From the IMG/VR virus record IMGVR_UViG_3300029183_000248, positions 1 to 31,850 of that record: a stretch of 31,850 nt of DNA; one strand, given 5' to 3'. The position numbers were made by a program, and so were the translations under genes. Below are positions 23,426 through 30,519 of this stretch, in pieces. Source of the stretch: a virus (taxonomy: Duplodnaviria; Caudoviricetes). The notes below the pieces were generated by a model. That model was not told where the DNA came from. It searched no databases and was given only the letters and a program-made list of their open reading frames with translations. Each line of letters opens with the position of its first letter. Position 1 is the stretch's first letter.

Positions 23426-24394
23426 AGCACTGTTCTCCTTCCCCGGCTCATTCGCCGCAGGTCCAACATCCTTGTTCTGAATCGGAAGGTAATCCGTTTT
23501 GCGGACGACTTCCGTTTCCTCTTCACCGATGTCCACACCGGTATCGTCGTTTTTGACTGTGTAATCTCGCCGGAGAAGTTTGTAGATCCGGCCGTTGTCG
23601 CAGAGTGGGTACTGTTCGAACACGAAGTAATCGCTAAAGACCGCCATAACCCAGTGCCCGACTTCTCCCGGAATATCCATCTCTTGGATGGACCTTTGCA
23701 AGTGATTTCTTATTTCTTGATGGGCAAGCTCATTCGCCTGGAGGACATAGTCCTTCGAACTAAGAACCCGATACCCCGCCTGCTCCAGGATGATTCTGGA
23801 CATCGTTTCGGTCAGCGTAGGTTGATTTTGCGCGCTATTCGCGCGCACGCCACATCCCATTTGCAAGTCGCACGCACCCTTCTCGTTCGGGAGAATGGCC
23901 AGGTGATCCGGCCGGTATCCGCGAACCGTTGAGATGTACTCCTGGTTTTGGAATACACCAGATACACCATCCTCTTCAAGGAAAAGTCCGGTGGAGACCT
24001 CAATCGGCTTCTTGTCGCGAATGCGATCGAGGACCTGTGGCGAGTGCTCCGTTGCCCGGTTCACGCTCACCCACGCTTCCGCCCAGAGGCGCTTCGTCTC
24101 TGGTTCGAGTCGCGAGTTGAACACCCATCCGATGTTCCTACCCTCGAACACTCCTGGCGAGTTTGCAGAGATCGGGGTACCGTCCTCGTCCTTCGGATGG
24201 TATTCGAGAACGGTGCTGCCGTTCCACGCCTGGTGGAACCTTTCGATCTCGTCCCACGGATAGAACAGGTTGTTCAGGATCCCTTCCGTAAGCATGACCA
24301 TGGGAACGACAAGATACTCTTCGCCGTTCAGCTTCTCTTCCCTGACCTCGTAGCCCTCTAGGCTGCTCGCTGTGTTGACAATGCTCTTGCCCAT
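22811..24394 (-). CDS. DUF2213-like prohead protease fused to an acidic scaffold domain
   Basis: LVVPMVMLTEG..N, YHP, EVSTGLF, PDHLAILPNEKGAC..GCG, followed by an Asp/Glu/Pro-rich C-terminal third. AAGGAG RBS before ATG 24394. Confidence 0.88.
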   Translation of the reverse strand: MGKSIVNTASSLEGYEVREEKLNGEEYLVVPMVMLTEGILNNLFYPWDEIERFHQAWNGSTVLEYHPKDEDGTPISANSPGVFEGRNIGWVFNSRLEPETKRLWAEAWVSVNRATEHSPQVLDRIRDKKPIEVSTGLFLEEDGVSGVFQNQEYISTVRGYRPDHLAILPNEKGACDLQMGCGVRANSAQNQPTLTETMSRIILEQAGYRVLSSKDYVLQANELAHQEIRNHLQRSIQEMDIPGEVGHWVMAVFSDYFVFEQYPLCDNGRIYKLLRRDYTVKNDDTGVDIGEEETEVVRKTDYLPIQNKDVGPAANEPGKENSAVKRTDRIEALIANEKAPWTEEDQEFLTNMTDCQFSKTAEPFENKDEADPEAPEKTPKENTPATPEADETPKEVTPNSTPGSEEDPVENEEETEEQVLANIKNPRHREIMERNFARDRKERADMIGKIKSNENNPYDDKELEGMSYSQLEKLIQFQGETEPKNNYEGGGRGPEMSVVHGNGSDQVTPTETGFVPLINKEQKEGAA

Positions 24395-25374
24395 ATTCTT
24401 TTTCTCCTTTGATTCCCTACAGGACCCGCGCCCTCGCGCTCAACAATCATCGGTGACGCAACACACCGACACTGCGCATGAACGGGAATGAGAATTTCAA
24501 TTTCGTCTAGCGTAAACACCTGGCCCGAAAGCGAGTCACAATCGGGACACACTCTCTCGTCATCAGCAGTCACAAACTCTGCCTTGACGACGGCCTGGAC
24601 CGCAAGCCCTTCTTCTTCAAGAATTGAATCGACGAGGCGCATCTCGCCAACATTGCCCGAATGATGCGCGGCGATGATCTCTGTCCGCATCAGTATGATG
24701 CCGCGACGTTGACCGACCTTCTCCATCGATTCCTTGTAGTTCTTCGCGAACTCGCGCAAGGATGCCTTTGGTCCCCGGCCATCAATTACAGCGCGCGCCA
24801 GGTGCACTCGCAGATCTTCGTCAAGCTGCCTCCGGATTCTCGCATTCGTAACGTCCGTGATTGTCTTGAGGCCATCGAACGTTCTCGTGTATGCGGCCGC
24901 AACCCGGTCTGCGTGCACAGGGTGATTGAACGCGGTGTCGATCGTCTCGTCCAGATACGAATTGATGAACGAGTTTCTGAGCTTGAACGGACGGAGTTGT
25001 TTCTTCAGACGGCGCTTTGAATAATGGATCCCCTTCTTGTAGGAATCCTGAATGTACAAATTGCTCCACGGGTTCTGCCCGAACTGACCAGGCACGCTCT
25101 TCAATTCCAGGATCCCCGCGTCCTGCTCTGCCCGTAACCACTCCATGAACGCATCGACCTTAGCGGTCGTCGTAGAGAACCCAGCGAACGCGCGTTCCGG
25201 TGCAGCCTCTGCAGCCTGGAACGAGTCGAGTGCAAGCGCTCCGAAGACGTCGTTGTCCACGATAGAAACACGCACATCCTTCGCATGCGCATTCCATCTA
25301 CGACGAATCGACCTCACCGCACGTGCGCGCAAGGTCGTCGTCTGAGTAGGATCAACTTGTCTTCGAGTCGCCAC
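24358..25374 (-). CDS. Head morphogenesis protein (Mu gpF/SPP1 gp7-like)
   Basis: DPTQTTTLR, RTEII.AH, TADDERVCPDC..L.G..F, IPVHAQCRC. Confidence 0.9.
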   Translation of the reverse strand: MATRRQVDPTQTTTLRARAVRSIRRRWNAHAKDVRVSIVDNDVFGALALDSFQAAEAAPERAFAGFSTTTAKVDAFMEWLRAEQDAGILELKSVPGQFGQNPWSNLYIQDSYKKGIHYSKRRLKKQLRPFKLRNSFINSYLDETIDTAFNHPVHADRVAAAYTRTFDGLKTITDVTNARIRRQLDEDLRVHLARAVIDGRGPKASLREFAKNYKESMEKVGQRRGIILMRTEIIAAHHSGNVGEMRLVDSILEEEGLAVQAVVKAEFVTADDERVCPDCDSLSGQVFTLDEIEILIPVHAQCRCVASPMIVEREGAGPVGNQRRKRIWARALSTQRAA

Positions 25375-27165
25375 CTAGTACAGTCTCCTCTGATTCTGAA
25401 CCGGCTTGATCTGCAGGCACGACAATCGCATCATGCCGTTCACGTTCGTACCGGCCAGCAGATTGATGTCGAATCGTATTGAAGTAAGAAGCTGATTCTC
25501 TGGGATCCATATGATCTGTGAGAACGCCTTGAACGTCCCGACGTCGCTCACGTCAGACTCCATCCCATCCCCTGCACGGAACGCACCCTGAATGTTGTCC
25601 CCGAGACTGAGGCTGTAGTGTGTGAACTCCTCACCTGCAGTTGCACTCCGGAAGTTCCACGCCCCCCAGTTCATAGAATCGAGACGGCTGTTCACGCTGT
25701 CCGGGTTTGCCCACTGTGCGTATGTGGCGCGATCTGTAAGGATCGTCGTCTCCATAACAAGCTGGATGTCATCATGGTTCGCAGTAGACCATGCCTCGTC
25801 GTGCCTCCAATACCCGCTGATCTTCACGTAGTTCCCGCTTGGGAAGTTCTTTACAATACGGATCCGATTGCCGGTATTGAACTGCCGCTGAAACACGACT
25901 TCGTCAGTTGATCCCCATCCAGTACCACGACTCACCCACGGGTACCCCTCTTGCGCAACCCAGGACGATCGGTCGGCCGTGTTCTGTACACTCGCATAGT
26001 AACAGCCATCCATCTCATAGGTCGTGGACGTCGTCGAATCCTCCGTGATCACAGGATTGAATTCGACATCGCCCGATCCGAGAGAGTCGTAGACAAGATC
26101 CGTGAAGTTGTACCACTTCGGATTGTTCCAGAAGTCACTGGCCGGATCGATCGGACGGAAGAACACGTTCTGCGCCGCTTCGTATGGAGTCGTTACATCG
26201 AGAATCCCTGAGGTGTCGGCTTCCGCCAAACGATTCAGCCACGTACAAAATGCGTCCCACAGAATAGGAGCATCGGAGTCAATCACTTTCACCGGAAGAT
26301 CGTGACCCGTAAATGTCACCATCCCTGACACGGCTACTGCGTTCTGAACCGTGTTGATGCAAGTGGGCAGCGCGTTCGCGCCGAAGGATACTCGGGGAAT
26401 CGCGTGCGGACGAATCCAAGCTGGTTTCGTTCCGACACCAACGATCCTTGCACCGTTCGGTCCGAGACGTGCGATCGACGCGCTGAATGGATAGTCCGCA
26501 TCGCCGTAATTCGACCCGCTCAAAAACGCAAACGCAAATCGATCCGCGATCGCGTTCTCAACCGCAGGGCTTGCATAGCTGTTCGGGTATGCCCACCACT
26601 GTTTGTAGCGAGGAACCCCCAGCGCATCGAGTCTCGCCTGTGTTGAGTCCAGATCTCTTTCCACGTCCTTCAGGGTCCAATAAGGAGTGGCCGTGTGGTC
26701 GGTCTTGAACCCGCCCGAATCCTGATAGATCTCGGTGTACCAAGCCCCGACACCATCTCCGTCGTCAGGCGTGCACGTTCCATCGGTAGAGCAGAAACCG
26801 TGCCCACCGACCTCCCATCCGCGAGCGATCAGAGTTCGGATCTGCGCAGAAGTCAGGCGCGATCCCTCCACGTCCGTCTTGCGAGTCTCGATCGCAACTC
26901 CCATGGCCATGTCGCCGCGTTGCATTCCATACCGATCTTCGATCGCCACGATCGTGTCACTGATTGTCATTACATCGTCAACACCATCATCCCAGATGAA
27001 GACAATCTGCGGCTTCACCTTGAACCCTCTCGACTTCAGCTTCTCGACGGAGATCTCGCCGCCAGGAATGCTGCTGTCGATCACTCGTGGCCTTGGTTCG
27101 GCACCGCCCGCCCATACGTTCACCGCAAACAGGACGCCTACAAGCGCCAGCATCAGTCGTTTCAT
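25375..27165 (-). CDS. Exported polysaccharide deacetylase-like protein (CE4/NodB fold plus C-terminal beta domain)
   Basis: Sec-type signal MKRLMLALVGVLFAVNVWA. Motifs IVFIWDDG, GWEVGGHG, WAYPNS, VTFTGHD. Aromatic and beta-rich C-terminal half. Confidence 0.78.
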   Translation of the reverse strand: MKRLMLALVGVLFAVNVWAGGAEPRPRVIDSSIPGGEISVEKLKSRGFKVKPQIVFIWDDGVDDVMTISDTIVAIEDRYGMQRGDMAMGVAIETRKTDVEGSRLTSAQIRTLIARGWEVGGHGFCSTDGTCTPDDGDGVGAWYTEIYQDSGGFKTDHTATPYWTLKDVERDLDSTQARLDALGVPRYKQWWAYPNSYASPAVENAIADRFAFAFLSGSNYGDADYPFSASIARLGPNGARIVGVGTKPAWIRPHAIPRVSFGANALPTCINTVQNAVAVSGMVTFTGHDLPVKVIDSDAPILWDAFCTWLNRLAEADTSGILDVTTPYEAAQNVFFRPIDPASDFWNNPKWYNFTDLVYDSLGSGDVEFNPVITEDSTTSTTYEMDGCYYASVQNTADRSSWVAQEGYPWVSRGTGWGSTDEVVFQRQFNTGNRIRIVKNFPSGNYVKISGYWRHDEAWSTANHDDIQLVMETTILTDRATYAQWANPDSVNSRLDSMNWGAWNFRSATAGEEFTHYSLSLGDNIQGAFRAGDGMESDVSDVGTFKAFSQIIWIPENQLLTSIRFDINLLAGTNVNGMMRLSCLQIKPVQNQRRLY

Positions 27166-27566
27166 TACGGCTTGTCTCCTTCTGCAATCACAAGAAGGGT
27201 AGCAGCGGGAGAACCGCTCGCCACCCAGACCTGATCTGGATTGATGTTTGGCGTGAACTTCTCGCCTTCAACCACTGGGAACGTGTCCAACCTCACTTCG
27301 GCCGCAATACCAAAGCCTGCAGAGAACGTATTCTGCGTCACTACACGAACCGGAGTATCACCGTTCCCCCTGGTGATGAAAGATACGATCGACACCTGAT
27401 CGACCATGCACGCACCGGCCCCGCTCAAAATCGCCTTCTTCACTTCGTTCTCATCCGTGGGAAGACTGAACTCGGTAATACACCAGTCACGTGCACCCGT
27501 CCCAGCGCCCATGGCAACCGCCGCGATCGCGACCAGGAGAAGTCCCGTCAGGATTCTTCGTTTCAT
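27165..27566 (-). CDS. Small exported protein (signal peptide)
   Basis: MKRRILTGLLLVAIAAVAMGA: basic n-region, hydrophobic h-region, small-residue cleavage region. GGAAGGA RBS; 1-nt overlap with the next gene. Confidence 0.75.
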   Translation of the reverse strand: MKRRILTGLLLVAIAAVAMGAGTGARDWCITEFSLPTDENEVKKAILSGAGACMVDQVSIVSFITRGNGDTPVRVVTQNTFSAGFGIAAEVRLDTFPVVEGEKFTPNINPDQVWVASGSPAATLLVIAEGDKP

Positions 27567-27570
27567 TTGC

Positions 27571-27855
27571 CTATCCTTCCTTGCAGATAATGCAGATCGA
27601 CATCTTCTCAGACCTGCCTGCTGCAGTTGCGATTTCGTTCGTCAGTACATAGCTGGTTCCCGCTGTGCCACCGGACAGCCACACAGTTCCCGTGGTCGTC
27701 GTCTCATCGTCACTGTCAATCGTGATCCCGGCATCGTCCGCAGTCCAACTACTCGACGTTAGCGTGTCTCCTGTCTCTAACCATGTAGACCAGTCGATCG
27801 TGTAGTCTTTGACCGCGCTTGGGTCCTTGCGAAAACTCTGCAGTATCTTTGCCAC
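27571..27855 (-). CDS. Small beta-sandwich fibre adaptor protein (KDP..DY..DW type)
   Basis: KDPSAVKDYTIDWSTWL..GDTLTSSSW, TVWLSGGTAG.SY.LTN.I.TAAGR: motif of small phage fibre-adaptor proteins. Confidence 0.78.
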   Translation of the reverse strand: MAKILQSFRKDPSAVKDYTIDWSTWLETGDTLTSSSWTADDAGITIDSDDETTTTGTVWLSGGTAGTSYVLTNEIATAAGRSEKMSICIICKEG

Positions 27856-27870
27856 TTGTCTCGCCTTCCT

Positions 27871-29037
27871 TTATACGACAACCGTTCGGTCTTCATGCGG
27901 AACCAGTACAGATCGTTCTTCGTACGGAGCCTTCGCGCTTCGATCCTCGTACGGCACCGTTGCTGTCGTCTCCGGGTCAGGATCGATCGACCCACCACCC
28001 TCTAAAAAGTTCACTACCAGGTCTCTCACGCGCGGAGTATGAATCCCAAGACCCTCCGCGTTCGCAGATCTCGTCAGCGTGACTCGTATCTTGATCGCAT
28101 CCTGCCCATCACCATCACAAACAATGGCCTGTAAATTCACAGGAGTCGCGGCCAACCAGGTCCCGTTATAAGTGGATCCACCGTCCGTTGACCACTGAAA
28201 TTCGTAAGTGAAGGACCCTCGATATCCGATCCCGTTCTCGGTAGCGCCCACACTGTTCCATCGATCGACGCTTGGCGGTTGCGCCTTTGGAGTCTCCACC
28301 GTTCCGGGGTTGGATGAGTATGTCGGAACTCCGGCCGCACCCCGAATGCGATCGACGTACAGAGGCTTCCCGTTTTCCTGAGTGCGGATCCCGATCCCTT
28401 TAGCTCTTTCATATCCGGGGTTTGCATTGTCTGCGTAGTTGAGAATGCGGCCAGCGTCCAACCACATCTGCGCTCTCGTATTAAGAGCGCCTAGATTCTC
28501 GCTCAGACCGTATCCAAAGTAATGCCAGCCTGTAGATCGAAGAACACCCGTATCTTCCCACTGTCCCGAGATCGGATTGTAGTAGACGTATGTATTGTCA
28601 TCCCCAATGTCCTCGATGCCGATCCCGGCCACGACGATAAACGGTGCCGCTGCACCATCACGGGACAGGAAGACTGCGCGGCGCTGTGATGTTCGGGCAG
28701 CCCCGTCATCGTAAAACCAGAATTCAACGGGTGCGTACGCGGTCGCGGCCGGACCACCCCATGGAGCGATCGAGGAGATGTCATCTACCACGCTTGCTGC
28801 TTGCGCGCAGTTCGCTCCAAACAGTAGCGGCGATACGGTTTCTTGCGTCAGGCTGGATGCATCGAACCATGCGGCAAAAGCGGGGTCGTCAAAGTCCTCT
28901 GTGGTAGCACTCAGATTGAGTGCCAGAATGAATCCACCTACAGAGTCATCGTTGATCGCGGTCGATACTTTGGTGTAGCCGACGTCGGATTGCATTTCCC
29001 ACGTCGCGGTGCCACCGGCAATGGTCGGTTCAGCCAT
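27871..29037 (-). CDS. Putative head fibre/spike with LamG/ConA-like lectin domain
   Basis: VEFWFYDDG, TGWHYF, QMWLDA, LYVDRIR (LamG-like). Pro/Thr linker and C-terminal triple repeat. Lies between portal and adaptor. Confidence 0.65.
   Translation of the reverse strand: MAEPTIAGGTATWEMQSDVGYTKVSTAINDDSVGGFILALNLSATTEDFDDPAFAAWFDASSLTQETVSPLLFGANCAQAASVVDDISSIAPWGGPAATAYAPVEFWFYDDGAARTSQRRAVFLSRDGAAAPFIVVAGIGIEDIGDDNTYVYYNPISGQWEDTGVLRSTGWHYFGYGLSENLGALNTRAQMWLDAGRILNYADNANPGYERAKGIGIRTQENGKPLYVDRIRGAAGVPTYSSNPGTVETPKAQPPSVDRWNSVGATENGIGYRGSFTYEFQWSTDGGSTYNGTWLAATPVNLQAIVCDGDGQDAIKIRVTLTRSANAEGLGIHTPRVRDLVVNFLEGGGSIDPDPETTATVPYEDRSAKAPYEERSVLVPHEDRTVVV
27874..27960 (-). repeat. Three imperfect 30-nt (10-aa) tandem repeats at the fibre C-terminus
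   Basis: TVPYEDRSAK / APYEERSVL / VPHEDRTVVV, i.e. P(Y/H)E(D/E)R(S/T) three times. Confidence 0.8.
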
Positions 29038-29055
29038 TTCGAAACCTTAGAGGTT

Positions 29056-30519
29056 CTAGTCGTCGTTCTCGTCAATGTCATCGTCGTCCTGTTCCGGTTC
29101 GGTTTCTTCTTCGGTTCCATTGGCGTCGGCGTCGGTTGTTTCTTTGACTTCCTTGACCCAAGCTTCCAGTTCTTCTGGCGTAACGCCCCATCTCTCTGCT
29201 AGGGCACTCAACGGGATGAATTCTTCTCCGCCAGAATCGATCCACTTCTTGAGACCGTCCATCATCTTGTTGACCAGGTCGGCTTTTTCGTTGTCGGATC
29301 GTGCGTTCAAATCTTGCCATTCGACCTCGTACTCTCCTCCCGTGGGCGCTGGAAGAATCTTGTACTGAACAAGTCGATCGATGATCTGTCTCAGGATGGT
29401 TGGCTCACAGAAGTTGATGTTCCTGTCTTCAATCTTCTCGTTCCACTCTTTACGGTCCTGCGAAGACGCAAGCTCACCGCGCTCCGTACCAGTCAACATT
29501 CGATTCGGGAATCCGTGCGTCCCTGCAATCAAATTCACCAGCATGTCGAAGGTCTCTTTTGGCTTCCCGATCTGTTGCTGGAACTCCTGGACCTTCATGT
29601 TCTTGAGCTTCATGTGACGACGGAATCCATGAATGAACATCTGAATCTCGTCTTCGAAGTCTTCTTTTGCGTCTGGCGATAGGTTCGTGTCTTCATCCAG
29701 AAGGAACGCCATGCCCGCAAACGCAAGCTGCCAGTAAGCCTCCGACTGACCGCCAACCACAAGTTCCAGGTTGTCAAAACGGTTGTAACTTGCTTCGAGA
29801 ACTGGGATCCCAAGGATCTCAGACTCTAGACGGTCTTCCGCGATATGAACGATGCGAGACTCGTGCACGACCTTGGTTGCCGTTTGCGTTTCCGATACGC
29901 CGTCGTCACGGTGTGCGGCCGTTGCAACCTGATACGTTTTCGGCATCTCGAACTTTGGATTGCTGGGGTCCGTATAGTAGTCCTTCACCTGTGCATTCTT
30001 CTGACTGTACGGACGAATAAAGATGAGGTCCTTGGGGTTCTCTACTGGATCCGAAAGTTTGACTGCACCTGGTGCATCCGGAGATGTCACGTCATTGAAT
30101 CCGAGAAGGAGGATCGAGTAATTGCCAATACGTGCGAGTCTGTCGGCGCGCGCGATGTAATGGAAGATCTTCGCTCGCTTCTCGATGTCAATCCATCCTT
30201 GTTCGAATGGACTCTTGTTCTTGCCATTACCCGCATCACGGATCGTGGGAAGGTGACTCCACGACTTGTTGACTGGCCTGTCGATGATCGCCTTCGCAAG
30301 GTCTTGGCGGAGATACTTTTTCAGGTAATCGTCGAACTCAAGCTTCTTCTTGTATCCGAGAGAGTCGTATACGTCGCGCGCCTCTCCGAAAGACTTCCCG
30401 AGTCTTGAGATTACACCTGCCCGAGTAAGTTGAGAAAAGATCCGAACCGCGTCTTCTGCGTTTTGGATCAGAGGTTTGGACTCTTGGGCTTCCTTGTCTG
30501 TGGTCTCCGTGGTCACCAC
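29056..30519 (-). CDS. Portal protein (DUF1073-like)
   Basis: YLRQDLAKAIIDRP, ADRLARIGNYSILLLG, VHESRIVH, G.P.RMLTGTERGELASSQD..EW; acidic tail; follows the terminase. Confidence 0.92.
   Translation of the reverse strand: MVTTETTDKEAQESKPLIQNAEDAVRIFSQLTRAGVISRLGKSFGEARDVYDSLGYKKKLEFDDYLKKYLRQDLAKAIIDRPVNKSWSHLPTIRDAGNGKNKSPFEQGWIDIEKRAKIFHYIARADRLARIGNYSILLLGFNDVTSPDAPGAVKLSDPVENPKDLIFIRPYSQKNAQVKDYYTDPSNPKFEMPKTYQVATAAHRDDGVSETQTATKVVHESRIVHIAEDRLESEILGIPVLEASYNRFDNLELVVGGQSEAYWQLAFAGMAFLLDEDTNLSPDAKEDFEDEIQMFIHGFRRHMKLKNMKVQEFQQQIGKPKETFDMLVNLIAGTHGFPNRMLTGTERGELASSQDRKEWNEKIEDRNINFCEPTILRQIIDRLVQYKILPAPTGGEYEVEWQDLNARSDNEKADLVNKMMDGLKKWIDSGGEEFIPLSALAERWGVTPEELEAWVKEVKETTDADANGTEEETEPEQDDDDIDENDD

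Noticed and set aside
22664-23932. 422-aa plus-strand ORF rich in Phe/Leu/Arg
   Set aside because: Its composition mirrors the Glu/Lys/Asp codons of the scaffold on the opposite strand.
2167-27530. Recurrent GCGATCGC (seen at 2167, 4619, 13000, 16761, 19114, 22349, 26546, 27523) as a HIP1-like signal
   Set aside because: About one per 4 kb, all in coding sequence and explainable by Ala-Ile-Ala or Arg-Asp-Arg codons in a CGATCG-rich genome; a Markov-corrected count would be needed to claim enrichment.
29056-30519. Anti-CBASS (Acb1-like) label sometimes attached to DUF1073 proteins
   Set aside because: Size and position are those of a portal, and no separate phosphoesterase domain is evident.
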